A DNA stretch of 40,141 nucleotides, from the IMG/VR virus record IMGVR_UViG_3300005805_000187, positions 1-40,141 of that record. One strand, given 5' to 3'. The notes below the pieces were generated by a model. That model saw only the letters and a list, made by a program, of their open reading frames with translations. It searched no databases and was not told the origin of the DNA. Positions 8,685-18,293 of this stretch are shown in pieces (within the stretch, counting starts at the first letter, position 1; every line of letters starts with the position of its first letter). This DNA is from a virus. Lineage: Duplodnaviria; Caudoviricetes. Both the position numbers and the translations under genes were made by a program.

Positions 8685-8910
8685 ATTTATGAGTGCTGCG
8701 AAGTTTTCGCAGGATGTTGAGCACCTCGTCTTTCATAATGAAGATATGAATTACATTGATGCGATTATACATTATTGCGAGTTGAATGAAATTGAATTGG
8801 AAAGTGTGTCTAAACTTATTTCTAAACCATTAAAAGAGAAACTTAAACTGGACGCACAAAAGTTAAACTACATAAAGAAAACAAGTAGATCAAGGTTGAT
8901 GTTGGTATGA
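8659..8910 (+). CDS. gp33: Late transcription coactivator gp33
   Basis: YIDAIIHYCE and LKEKLKLDA motifs; synteny with gp32. Confidence 0.88.
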   Translation: MLEENLEDKFMSAAKFSQDVEHLVFHNEDMNYIDAIIHYCELNEIELESVSKLISKPLKEKLKLDAQKLNYIKKTSRSRLMLV

Positions 8911-9257
8911 GTGACTTCTTCACATCTGAAATGGTTCGCGGTGATCTACAAGAGATTACTGATCTTCAAATGTATTGTGTGCGGGCATCTTCTATGCTGC
9001 CCGCACTTTCTCCAGAAAGACTACTAGAATATTATGATGTCCTAATGACATTAATTGACAAACAAAAAACATTTTATGCTAGACTTGCTCTAAGTGATGA
9101 TCCTGAAGCCAAAGAGATGGCAGATCTAATGAGAGACATGACGATTATGTTAGGAGCAAATCCAAACGAATCCATGTATGCTATGTTTGATGAACTCATT
9201 TCTCGCGTTCAGGAGATGAAGCAGCAGTTGCTTGACAAACTGGCACAGGAGCCTTGA
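8907..9257 (+). CDS. DUF1825-like protein
   Basis: FF-x-SEMV and R-x-x-LSDDPEAKEM motifs. Confidence 0.75.
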   Translation: MSDFFTSEMVRGDLQEITDLQMYCVRASSMLPALSPERLLEYYDVLMTLIDKQKTFYARLALSDDPEAKEMADLMRDMTIMLGANPNESMYAMFDELISRVQEMKQQLLDKLAQEP

Positions 9258-9282
9258 CCCACCCCTGTGCCTGTGTTATGAT
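9237..9282 (+). promoter_or_regulatory. gp32 promoter with upstream element
   Basis: AAACTGGCACA(9237-9247), then TTGACC(9254)-N17-TATGAT(9277). Confidence 0.75.
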
Positions 9283-9346
9283 GAATAAGTGAACGGGTCA
9301 CACCAAACAAAATCCAAGTAACATCCAAGTAAATCCGAGGTATCAT

Positions 9347-10231
9347 ATGTCTTTTGCTGATCTTAAGCGCAGTTCTTCTAGCGACTTCTCTTTCCTTCAG
9401 AAGGAATTGGAGAAAGCATCTACCGATTCTAAAGGTGATGAGCGCATCTGGAAGCCTGCTCTTAACGAAACTGGTAACGGGTATGCCGTTATTCGTTTCC
9501 TCCCCCGTCCCGCTAACGAACCTAAGCCACTCGTTAAACTTTACTCTCACGCATTCCAAGGTCCAGAGAACGACTGGTTCATTGAGAATTGTTTGACCAC
9601 GAATGGTGAGAAGTGTCCCATCTGTAACTCCAACAGTGTTCTGTGGAAGAATGGTGATGAGGATACTGCCCGTGAACGCAAGCGTAAGCTGTCTTACTAC
9701 TCCAACATCTATGTTGTGAAGGACACTGCTAACCCTGACAATGAAGGTAAGGTATTCCTTTACCGCTATGGCAAGATGATCTTTGATAAGATTGCTGCTG
9801 CCATGAAGCCTGAGTTTGATGATGAGAAACCAGTCAATGTGTTTGATCTTTGGGAAGGTGCTAACTTCAAACTGAAGATCAAGATCAAAGGTGGTTACTG
9901 GAACTACGAAGCATCCGAGTTTGATTCTCCTGCTGCTCTCAGCAACGATGATGATGAACTGGAAGCAGTCTACAACCAGTGCTACTCTCTTCAGGAACTT
10001 GTTTCTCCTGACCAATTCAAGTCTTTCAGTGATCTTGAGAAGCGTATGGATGAAGTTCTAAATCCTTCCAAGCGTCGTGCCTCTGCTGCTCAAGCAGAAG
10101 AGGAAGCAGATCCTATCTCGTCTGACGATGATCTGTTTGATGAACCTGTAGCAGCACGTCCTGCTCGCTCGTCTAACATCCCGTCAGAAGATAAGGGAGC
10201 AGACTACTTTGCTTCCCTGCTTGAGGATTGA
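9347..10231 (+). CDS. gp32: Single-stranded DNA-binding protein gp32
   Basis: MSFADLK start, GYAVIRFLP, His/Cys zinc ligands (YSH, NCLTT, CPIC), acidic tail. Confidence 0.97.
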   Translation: MSFADLKRSSSSDFSFLQKELEKASTDSKGDERIWKPALNETGNGYAVIRFLPRPANEPKPLVKLYSHAFQGPENDWFIENCLTTNGEKCPICNSNSVLWKNGDEDTARERKRKLSYYSNIYVVKDTANPDNEGKVFLYRYGKMIFDKIAAAMKPEFDDEKPVNVFDLWEGANFKLKIKIKGGYWNYEASEFDSPAALSNDDDELEAVYNQCYSLQELVSPDQFKSFSDLEKRMDEVLNPSKRRASAAQAEEEADPISSDDDLFDEPVAARPARSSNIPSEDKGADYFASLLED

Positions 10232-10236
10232 GAATA

Positions 10237-10304
10237 CAAAATTGAATAGTTGATTACATCAATCCCGGAAAAATTTTTCCGGGATTTTTTTATGTCAAAA
10301 GTCG
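10237..10304 (+). repeat. 68-bp intergenic element, copy A (includes terminator-like palindrome 10261-10291)
   Basis: AATCCCGGAAAAA/TTTTTCCGGGATT palindrome plus T run between convergent genes; 46/68 ungapped identity to 13955-14022. Confidence 0.75.
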
Positions 10305-10306
10305 CG

Positions 10307-10972
10307 TCAGATTGATGTGCGCTTTAACTTGGTTGAGATAAAGTCTGATGAATCTGTGTACTGACTTTGCTTTTTGAACGCACTCACAAATGATCTCAAG
10401 TACTTTGATTTAAGTATGTAAATGTTTCTTTTCTTTTCATTGAGACTCATTTCATGCTCATACACAGTGACTGGATACGATACTTGATTTCCTGGTACAT
10501 TAATGTGAGTTGAACCTGTCCAGTATGTAAATTGTCCGTTGTAAAACTCTTCACTTACAACCAGTCCACCTTTGAGAGCAACAACATCAATATCATCTAG
10601 TTTATATCCAGCAAGCACTTCTTTTGTTTCGTAATGATGTATGGTTGTATATGGATCATCCATCATCGCATCCATCTTGGCATTGAAACTTTCATTATCT
10701 AGGGGCCAATCATAAATTCCATTGATCATGTTGTTTGTAAGAATGATCACCCAATCATAAAATGGATCTCCATAATAATCTTCAGCAAGAAGATCTAATC
10801 TATCATCGTCTGTAATTGTATACTTGTTGAAGAATACGCTGTAAGAAAATACCTTTTCATCTAATTCGTATCTCTTAAAGAAATTTTTCGCAACAACATA
10901 ATCAGTTTCAGAGAATGGAAACTGAGTTGGTTTGTTTGCGTACTCTATGTCTGGAAGAATGTTGAAATACAT
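10307..10972 (-). CDS. gp53: Baseplate wedge subunit gp53
   Basis: MYF start, LysM-like RLDLLAEDYYGDP...WVIILTN, DWP, IHHYET. Confidence 0.9.
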   Translation of the reverse strand: MYFNILPDIEYANKPTQFPFSETDYVVAKNFFKRYELDEKVFSYSVFFNKYTITDDDRLDLLAEDYYGDPFYDWVIILTNNMINGIYDWPLDNESFNAKMDAMMDDPYTTIHHYETKEVLAGYKLDDIDVVALKGGLVVSEEFYNGQFTYWTGSTHINVPGNQVSYPVTVYEHEMSLNEKKRNIYILKSKYLRSFVSAFKKQSQYTDSSDFISTKLKRTSI

Positions 10973-12120
10973 TAGTATGATGGTCCCTGATCGTATATAT
11001 CTTCTCTGTAAATTAGTTTTGTTTCAGCAAATCCGATCTGCATTACTACCGCTACTGGAGCACCATCACTATATGTGGAGTATGCTCCATCTGGAGTATA
11101 ATTTACATTCAGAGATGTAATAGCACATGGTTTAAACTGAGTTACATATGGATTTTCTCCAGATCCTTTCATAAAAGAAACTTCAACTAAAGATGGAACT
11201 CCAATAAAATTTTGAACGTCACCTGCTCCAGTAGCAGTATCTTGACCGCTTCCTGTCTGTCCTCTCTGATTAGTTTGTCCATTGTCTGCCGCTGGGGTTG
11301 ATGTCTTAGTTTTATTTCCAGTGTCTATCTTTGGCAGCATTGCTCTTTTAAAATTTGTTATTATTTGCTTAATTTCTATAGCCTCTGGACCATTTCTTGC
11401 TACCATTTTGAATGTGAGATTGAATGTTCTTAAATCAAATCCCTGAAAAAGCAGTTCAGTATTTGGATTTAATACCACACCAGTTGTTGAACCAAGGACA
11501 TCATTTATTCCCAAACCTTCTCCCTGTCCAGTTTTCTGTAAATTTTCTAATATTGTAGATACTCCTTTAGTAAAAGCAGATTCAGTTACACTTCCAAGTC
11601 TGTCTCCAGGGTCTGTAATTAATCCCATCAGATCACCTTCGGAGGCACTTCCAAGTGCTTGTAAAATACCACCCGTCATCATTTGAATTGATTTGCCACC
11701 CCATTGAGCACCATATTGTGCTTGTATATCTTCAGGCATGTATAAAAATATTTTAGGTAAGTATTTGTCAGTTTTTAAATCTTTTGTGTTTAATAGTCCA
11801 ACAATACTAGCATTGTATCCTCCTTGATTTCCTCTTACTTGAGCAGCTCTAAATGGCGGTGAATATTCTTTAAAAATAAATCTAACGTAATCTGTATCCG
11901 AAGAGGCACCTCCCTTAAGATCTCTTGGATATGATAATACTTCAGATGGACCTTGCCCACGTTTGAAATCAGTAAATGATAAAGTTTCCGCAATGTTATT
12001 CTGTGTTCCAGATGGTTGAGTGGGTTGAGGACTTGCTGGGTTACTTCCAGTTCCTCTACTTGGAGGAACATTTGGATTTCTTCTACTCCCTGGTATGTTA
12101 GGACTATTATTACTCGGCAT
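10972..12120 (-). CDS. gp48: Baseplate tail tube cap gp48
   Basis: LYMP, NPNTELLF and LRTFNLTFKM motifs; synteny. Confidence 0.88.
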   Translation of the reverse strand: MPSNNSPNIPGSRRNPNVPPSRGTGSNPASPQPTQPSGTQNNIAETLSFTDFKRGQGPSEVLSYPRDLKGGASSDTDYVRFIFKEYSPPFRAAQVRGNQGGYNASIVGLLNTKDLKTDKYLPKIFLYMPEDIQAQYGAQWGGKSIQMMTGGILQALGSASEGDLMGLITDPGDRLGSVTESAFTKGVSTILENLQKTGQGEGLGINDVLGSTTGVVLNPNTELLFQGFDLRTFNLTFKMVARNGPEAIEIKQIITNFKRAMLPKIDTGNKTKTSTPAADNGQTNQRGQTGSGQDTATGAGDVQNFIGVPSLVEVSFMKGSGENPYVTQFKPCAITSLNVNYTPDGAYSTYSDGAPVAVVMQIGFAETKLIYREDIYDQGPSY

Positions 12121-12803
12121 TACTTCGCCATCTCCTTACTCTCTTTGGTTCCATATCCTTTGATCATTCTAGTCCCTTTAATTTTGTCGTAAAATTTATC
12201 GTTGGTTTCTTTCCACACATCTTCTTTTTTGTATGGAAACTTGAATCCTCTTACATCTTTAACAAAATTTTCAACAGGAAGAAGAATGGCAGTGTCCCAT
12301 TCATCTTTGTGAAGATCAAGCATGTAACCTTGGACATGATTCAGAATGTATTTATGGAAGCATACCTTAGGCATGTCTATTCGGTTGCTCATTAAATCTT
12401 GTATAACTTTCACTCTACGTTTTGGATTCATATAGTGGAGATTTGCTCCAATAAATTCGTTGTCATCAATAATTTTAATGACATAGACTAGAGGAAATGT
12501 GTCATAGTATGGCAACCATTTCATCTTTGCTTTGTATTCATACATGTAGAGATGTCCTTCAACTGGAAAATGTCTAAGAACATTTCCATCCGAGGTCTCT
12601 GTAGCACCATCTTTTATTTCTCTATCAAGTAATTTAGTCGGAACTTTTTTGTATTCTGAAGCAAGTGATGCTACCTTTGCTCTGAACCAATCATAACTTT
12701 TCTTTTCACCTTCAGTTGCTTCAGTTACCTTCTCAAATATAGTTTTGTATCCTGTCTTCTTTTTGGGATTATTCCTTTGTATTTCTGAGAAACCTGTGGC
12801 CAT
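12120..12803 (-). CDS. gp2: DNA end protector protein gp2
   Basis: LPYYDTFPLV and GANLHY motifs. Confidence 0.88.
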   Translation of the reverse strand: MATGFSEIQRNNPKKKTGYKTIFEKVTEATEGEKKSYDWFRAKVASLASEYKKVPTKLLDREIKDGATETSDGNVLRHFPVEGHLYMYEYKAKMKWLPYYDTFPLVYVIKIIDDNEFIGANLHYMNPKRRVKVIQDLMSNRIDMPKVCFHKYILNHVQGYMLDLHKDEWDTAILLPVENFVKDVRGFKFPYKKEDVWKETNDKFYDKIKGTRMIKGYGTKESKEMAK

Positions 12804-12807
12804 TGTC

Positions 12808-13245
12808 CTATACCTTTAAGTGATCTTCGGTGAGTATCTTAAATTTCATCTGCCGATCCTCACAGAAGTCCTCAGCCGCATCCCATTTAGCGCGGTTCTT
12901 GATATAAGTTAGAACTTCTCGTTTCCAAGTGGCAGTCTTACGTTTTGGTTTGTCATTCGGTTTGATTGTCTGTCGTTTTGGTTTAATTTCAATGATGTAT
13001 TTCTCATACTTACCTTCCTTTGTTTTTACTTTGATGTAAAAATCAGGATAGTAACGATGAACTCTACCATCTATAGGAGACCTGTAAGGAATGATTACTT
13101 CCTCACTACCCCACTCTATAATTGATTCTGTATGATCACAGAAGATCATAAACTTCTTTTCCCACATGGACCTATAAATGATCCTAGTAGGGTTTCCACG
13201 ATACTTCTGTGGGTTCACTGGTTTATACAACCCAGAGTATGCCAT
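12808..13245 (-). CDS. gp4: Head completion nuclease gp4
   Basis: MAYSG start, NPQKYRG, YRSMWE, HRYYPDF and EIKP motifs. Confidence 0.93.
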   Translation of the reverse strand: MAYSGLYKPVNPQKYRGNPTRIIYRSMWEKKFMIFCDHTESIIEWGSEEVIIPYRSPIDGRVHRYYPDFYIKVKTKEGKYEKYIIEIKPKRQTIKPNDKPKRKTATWKREVLTYIKNRAKWDAAEDFCEDRQMKFKILTEDHLKV

Positions 13246-13248
13246 AAA

Positions 13249-13280
13249 TATAAATATACACCTCAATACCTCTATTTATT
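13249..13280. promoter_or_regulatory. Overlapping T4-type late promoters for the divergent gp4 and gp54-like genes
   Basis: TATAAATA on + (13249-13256) and AATAAATA on - (13273-13280) within a 35-nt gap. Confidence 0.8.
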
Positions 13281-13949
13281 GTGGCAAAATCAGTTCAACA
13301 ATTTATAACAAAGATTGGTAAGGGCATGGCAATGTCCAACCAATATGAGGTAAAGTTTGAAATCAATCCAGCTGGATTGAGAGGAGCACTATCTAATGCT
13401 TTAAGCAGTAGAGCGTCATCTGCTTTTTTTGGGGATGGTTTAATTACTTTGTTATGTAACGAAGCTCAGTTGCCTAATGTATCTTCGTTAACCGGACAAA
13501 CAAACGGAGTTTATCTTGGAGAAACACAGGTAAACTATGCTTACGGTAGATTGTTTACTGATATTAGTTTAGGATGGATGTGTGACGTTGACATGACACC
13601 ACTTAAATTTTTACAGGAGTGGCATAATTATATCTATTCTTCTGGACAAGGAAATTTACTATTTTCTACTAACGGAGCACAACTTGAAGATAGTAGTGTA
13701 AGAAGTAATATTTCCAGAGCATTGCCAACAAGGGTTAGATATCCAGATGAATATCAAGCAACAATCAGAATTACTAAACTTGATTTAGGAAAGGGTAACG
13801 ATAGAAAGTCAATGAGTTATGTTTTACTTAATGCCTTTCCTCATAGCATTGATGCCACACCTCTGTCATATGGAGCATCGCAAGTAGTAAATGTCTCAGC
13901 AAGTTTTTACTACTCAAAATATTATGTCTCGTATGACAACGAAGTTTGA
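13281..13949 (+). CDS. Tail-tube-fold baseplate protein (gp54/gp19-like)
   Basis: LLC-x-x-AQLP, F-x-x-W and L-x-NAFP motifs; divergent from gp4. Confidence 0.7.
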   Translation: MAKSVQQFITKIGKGMAMSNQYEVKFEINPAGLRGALSNALSSRASSAFFGDGLITLLCNEAQLPNVSSLTGQTNGVYLGETQVNYAYGRLFTDISLGWMCDVDMTPLKFLQEWHNYIYSSGQGNLLFSTNGAQLEDSSVRSNISRALPTRVRYPDEYQATIRITKLDLGKGNDRKSMSYVLLNAFPHSIDATPLSYGASQVVNVSASFYYSKYYVSYDNEV

Positions 13950-13954
13950 AATTT

Positions 13955-14022
13955 CAAATTTGAATTTTTAATTCCATAAATCGGCAAAAAAATTTTCCGA
14001 CAATTTTCACCTCAAAAAGTTG
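13955..14022 (+). repeat. 68-bp intergenic element, copy B
   Basis: Ungapped alignment with 10237-10304; core TCGGCAAAAAAATTTTCCGA. Confidence 0.7.
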
Positions 14023-14027
14023 AGCTA

Positions 14028-14035
14028 CATAAATA
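14028..14035 (+). promoter_or_regulatory. Late promoter
   Basis: CATAAATA about 20 nt upstream of gp26. Confidence 0.7.
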
Positions 14036-14054
14036 TAGAACTTTTGTTAATATT

Positions 14055-14768
14055 ATGACATTACCAGCACCGTCTACACCAACCTACGAGTTGACTTTAC
14101 CATCAACTGGCAAAAAAATTAAATTTAGACCATTTTTAGTCAAAGAAGAAAAAATTCTTCTTTTGGCAGAACAATCTGAAGATGAAAATGAGATCAAAGG
14201 AGCAATTAAATCAGTTATAGAAAATTGTCTTATAACTAAAGTTAAAATTGAAGATTTGTCTTACTTTGATTTTGAATATATCTTTCTACAACTTCGCGCA
14301 AGATCAGCAGAAGAACATTTAGATCTTGTAATTACATGTAAAGATGACAATAAGACAAAAGTTGATCATAGAATTGATTTGCTTAAAGTTCAGGTAGAAA
14401 AGTCTAAAAAGTCTGATAACAGAATTATGCTATCTGATGATATGGGTATTGTTCTCAGATATCCAGGAATTGATGAATTTGTGAGATTTGCGATGATGGG
14501 CAAAACATTACCTGATAGTGAAGTTGTTGAATATGTCGCATCTAAGGTCAGTCAAATTTTCCAAGGTGAAGATGTTTGGGATTCTGAAGATCTTACACAA
14601 GAAGAAATTATTGAATGGCTGGATAAACTCACCCAGAAACAATTTGTTGAGATTGGAGAATTTTTTGAAAATCTTCCAGTTTTGCGTCATAAATTTAAAG
14701 TCAAAAATCCAACAACTGGTGTTGAAAGTGAGTATGTTCTGGAGGGATTACAGAATTTTTTCGCCTAG
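14055..14768 (+). CDS. gp26: Baseplate hub subunit gp26
   Basis: YELTLPSTG, FRPFLVKEEKILL and EYIFLQLRARS motifs. Confidence 0.93.
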   Translation: MTLPAPSTPTYELTLPSTGKKIKFRPFLVKEEKILLLAEQSEDENEIKGAIKSVIENCLITKVKIEDLSYFDFEYIFLQLRARSAEEHLDLVITCKDDNKTKVDHRIDLLKVQVEKSKKSDNRIMLSDDMGIVLRYPGIDEFVRFAMMGKTLPDSEVVEYVASKVSQIFQGEDVWDSEDLTQEEIIEWLDKLTQKQFVEIGEFFENLPVLRHKFKVKNPTTGVESEYVLEGLQNFFA

Positions 14769-14953
14769 TGATGTCCTATAATAATCTAGAAAATTATTAT
14801 AGGACAAACTTCATGTTGATGGAGGAACATAAATATTCTTTGACGGAAATTGAAAATATGATTCCGTTTGAAAGACAAATTTATGTCCTCCTTGTGAATG
14901 AGTATATCAAGAAAAAAGAAGAAGAACTCAAGCAAAGGCAACAAGGCATATGA
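14768..14953 (+). CDS. gp51: Baseplate hub assembly catalyst gp51
   Basis: HKYSLTEIENMIPFERQIYV motif; follows gp26. Confidence 0.88.
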   Translation: MMSYNNLENYYRTNFMLMEEHKYSLTEIENMIPFERQIYVLLVNEYIKKKEEELKQRQQGI

Positions 14954-17900
14954 TTCCACAGAAAGCTATAAAAAAGTTTTCAAAACCTTCTCATAGAGAG
15001 ATTGCGGTTGGAATTTTAGTATCATATGGTCTATTTCCACAAACTAATGATGGAATAGCGCAAGCAAAAAAATTAATTGAAGGAGCATCTAATTGGATAT
15101 CTCCTTCCAATTTGCCTGAGTATTATGATGGAATTGATAGTGATCTCATTACAGGAAGAGAAACTCCAGGTATTCTGGCAATCAGAGAAACATTAAAGAA
15201 TTTTTACTTCGGAACCCCAACAACTACAATTGACGAAACTCCAATAGAGGAAATTCCAGTTGAAGTAGAAATTAAAGAAGTTGAAAAATTACCAGATCCT
15301 GTTCCGCAACCTGATCCAACACCAGAACCAATAAAGATTGAAATTGAGGTTCCTGTTGAAAAACAGGCAAATGCTCCGCGAAGAATTAAACTTCCTAGAG
15401 CAAAGAATCGTTTTGTTCGTAAAAGAGTAAAACCACTTTCTCAAAGGATGGCAGAATCCTTTGATAAAAATTTACTAGATCCTCTCATAGAGGAAATTAA
15501 AAATCCAAAACCACTACCAGAATCTGAAAAAAAAGGTAAAAAAAGCGGAACAAAAAAGCAAGTATCTAAGAAGATTTTTTCTGGAAAACAATCTGCTGCT
15601 AAATTTTCTTCAGGTGGTGGAGATCTAATTGATAGATCATTTTCCAAAATTAGAGCATCTTTTGGACTCGCAGCTGCGTCAAGAAAAGCATTCAAAGAGT
15701 CCGGTGGTGATCCTCGCTCTCTGAGACGCGGGTATTTCCTCTTCAAGGCACTTGGAGCAGAGTTCGGTGGGGATTTCCGTCGCAGGACCAGAGGCACCTT
15801 CTCGCGCAATCCAGACGCCACTCAGGATCCTGGCATGAGCAAGGAGGAGAGGTTTGCTGAGGTGGTCAAGCGTGATCTTGCCAATCGCCCACAAATGATG
15901 AAGCAGGGCGAAATATTTGATGTAGACAAATATACAGATAAAACTGCCCTACAATCAATTACGGATCTTGCTAAAAAGACAGCAGACAAGATTCTTGGTC
16001 TAGAACCAGGATTTGTTAGAATTGAAAAAAGTCAAACGGAGACATCCAAAGCATTTGTCAAGATTACTCAAAATTTAACTGAAGTCAAGAATACGTTTGT
16101 AAAGACAGCAGATAACTTCAAAGAATTTGTTGACAATAAAGAAGAAGTTATCAAGATTAAAACTAAAATCAGAGAAGTTCTTAGAAAGGAGCAAGAGGAA
16201 AACAAAAGATCTGCTGCTGAACAACAATTAGAGATGCTTAATGATGTTGCTGGAACTACTGATGTAGAGGAAACTGATCAAGGTTTTGATACTGAAGATG
16301 GACAAGATAATGGAGAAGATGGTGGTGGAGGAGGATTTGATTTACCTGATTTCAGAAGACCTAGAATTAGAGGAAGATTGAGATTATTGAGAAGAAGATT
16401 TGGTAGATTTGGTCGTGGAATTAGTAGGAGATTAGGTGGACTGGGTAGAGGATTGGGTAGAATTGGGCGTGGAATTAGTGGATTTGGTAGAGGATTGGGT
16501 GGAGTTGGTAGATTTATCGGTGGTCGTGTAATAGGTCCAGTTATTGGAGACATGTTATTTCCAGAAGGTGCCGGAGTATCTGAACCACAGATGGGACCAG
16601 ATGGTAAATTTAGAACTCCTGATGGTAAATTAGTTCCAGAACCAGGAGCACCTAAACCTAAATCAGTAGCAAGTAGAGTGGGAAATCTTGCGGAATCTGG
16701 TAAAGGTTTAATTGGAAAGGGAAAGGGAGCGATTGGAAAAGTTGCTAGTAAAATCGGATCAAAAGTTGGCGGTGGATTATTAAAATCTATTGGTAAAAAG
16801 ATTCCTGGTGTTGGATTAGTTATTGGTGGACTGGCAGCAGCAGATAGATTTAGTAATGGTGATATTATTGGAGGTATTGGAGAACTTGGATCTGGAATTG
16901 CTTCTCTTGTTCCTGGCGTGGGAACAGCAATATCCCTAGGTATTGATGCCCTGCTGATGGGTAAAGATGTTGCTGCTGAGGCATCTAAACCAGAAGCACC
17001 AACAAAACTATCAAGTGGCGGAATCGTTGCTGGTGAAGCTGGGCATGAAGCAGTAATCCCTCTTACAACGTCAATTGGCAAGAAAGTTGTCAGTGGAATT
17101 AAAGATGATATGGCATCTGGAGGAATGGGAGCAATAGGATCTGTTGCTCCAATGCTGTCAGCAATGGCAGGAATTGTCAGAAATCCTTTATATGGTTCAA
17201 TTCTAGGTCCAGTTGTAAATCCAATACTCAAACCATTGATTTCGGAATATAAAATTCCTGTATTTTCTGGTGAGTTGGGAATGGTAAAAACTTCCAAACT
17301 TCAATCTGCTTCTACTCAAGCAAAAGGAAAATCAGATTCAATGGAGAAGTCTGGCGATAAAGAAGATGGTGGTGGATTCTTTGGGAATTTATTTAAAGGT
17401 ATTGGGGGAGTTTTCAAAGGAATTAGTGGATTTTTTGGTAGATTATTTGGTGGAGATAGAAATAAAAAAAATCGTGGTAGAAACGTTCGCGGTGTTCCCT
17501 TAGGTGCTGGAGAGACGGCTACTGGTTCAACAATTATGAATGGACTCGTAAAAAGAGGGTTTACAAAAGAGGAAGCAGCAGCAATTGTGGGAAATTTATG
17601 GGCAGAGTCTTCATTCAGAACAGGAGCTCTAAATTCAAAATCTGGAGCATTTGGTTTAATGCAATGGGCATATGGAAGAAAAGATACCCTCTTAAGAAGA
17701 GCATCCGAATCTGGTAAGGATCCAACTGATTTAGAGTTTCAATTGGATCATATTGCTTGGGAACTTCGTGGCGGAAGTAAATATGAAACTTCTCAATTTC
17801 AAAAAGCAATGGCATACGGATCTGATGTCGCTTCAAAAACCAGAGGATTTGCCTATGAAGTTGAGAGGGCAAGTGATGCTGAACTATCTTCTTCAATGCC

Positions 17901-18285
17901 TAAAAGAATTGGAGCAGCTGAATCTGTATATAAAACCAGAGCATCAGGTGGTACACCAGCTATCACTCCGGCACCAGGAGAACTACCAGAAGCAGGAGGA
18001 TCGTCGCGGCCGCGTCCTGCTTCTGGAATGAATGGAGGACGAGGATCCAGAGCGTCAAAACCTACACCTGTTCAACCTGTGGCATCAAGACCTTCCACTC
18101 CTATATCTCCAGTAGCAATGTCTCCAGAATTGAGGGATGGTAATTCTTATAACAATGTTGGTGATTCTTCTGCTGTAGCGTTAGCAGCATCCAATACTAC
18201 ACAAACTCAGTATGTATTTTTTGGTAAATCCAAAAATGATGGGGTAACTCCTAGAGAAATTCAAAGATTAATCTTAAACGCATGA
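14950..18285 (+). CDS. Large tail/baseplate (tape-measure-like) protein with C-terminal phage tail lysozyme domain
   Basis: Coiled-coil and Gly-rich segments; AAAIVGNLWAES, GAFGLMQW and FQLDHIAWEL match the Phage_lysozyme2 pattern. Confidence 0.75.
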   Translation: MIPQKAIKKFSKPSHREIAVGILVSYGLFPQTNDGIAQAKKLIEGASNWISPSNLPEYYDGIDSDLITGRETPGILAIRETLKNFYFGTPTTTIDETPIEEIPVEVEIKEVEKLPDPVPQPDPTPEPIKIEIEVPVEKQANAPRRIKLPRAKNRFVRKRVKPLSQRMAESFDKNLLDPLIEEIKNPKPLPESEKKGKKSGTKKQVSKKIFSGKQSAAKFSSGGGDLIDRSFSKIRASFGLAAASRKAFKESGGDPRSLRRGYFLFKALGAEFGGDFRRRTRGTFSRNPDATQDPGMSKEERFAEVVKRDLANRPQMMKQGEIFDVDKYTDKTALQSITDLAKKTADKILGLEPGFVRIEKSQTETSKAFVKITQNLTEVKNTFVKTADNFKEFVDNKEEVIKIKTKIREVLRKEQEENKRSAAEQQLEMLNDVAGTTDVEETDQGFDTEDGQDNGEDGGGGGFDLPDFRRPRIRGRLRLLRRRFGRFGRGISRRLGGLGRGLGRIGRGISGFGRGLGGVGRFIGGRVIGPVIGDMLFPEGAGVSEPQMGPDGKFRTPDGKLVPEPGAPKPKSVASRVGNLAESGKGLIGKGKGAIGKVASKIGSKVGGGLLKSIGKKIPGVGLVIGGLAAADRFSNGDIIGGIGELGSGIASLVPGVGTAISLGIDALLMGKDVAAEASKPEAPTKLSSGGIVAGEAGHEAVIPLTTSIGKKVVSGIKDDMASGGMGAIGSVAPMLSAMAGIVRNPLYGSILGPVVNPILKPLISEYKIPVFSGELGMVKTSKLQSASTQAKGKSDSMEKSGDKEDGGGFFGNLFKGIGGVFKGISGFFGRLFGGDRNKKNRGRNVRGVPLGAGETATGSTIMNGLVKRGFTKEEAAAIVGNLWAESSFRTGALNSKSGAFGLMQWAYGRKDTLLRRASESGKDPTDLEFQLDHIAWELRGGSKYETSQFQKAMAYGSDVASKTRGFAYEVERASDAELSSSMPKRIGAAESVYKTRASGGTPAITPAPGELPEAGGSSRPRPASGMNGGRGSRASKPTPVQPVASRPSTPISPVAMSPELRDGNSYNNVGDSSAVALAASNTTQTQYVFFGKSKNDGVTPREIQRLILNA

Positions 18286-18293
18286 AATAAATA
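18286..18293 (+). promoter_or_regulatory. Late promoter
   Basis: AATAAATA in the intergenic gap. Confidence 0.6.

Noticed and set aside
9209-10015. 268-aa antisense ORF over gp32
   Set aside because: Codon-bias shadow of a highly expressed gene, with no recognisable motifs.
10237-14022. Invertible segment bounded by the 68-bp elements
   Set aside because: The copies are direct and diverged, no recombinase is in the window, and the gene orientation is normal for T4-like cyanophages.
16278-17297. 339-aa Pro-rich antisense ORF (also 19117-19725)
   Set aside because: It mirrors Gly-rich GGN codons on the sense strand and has no independent coding evidence.
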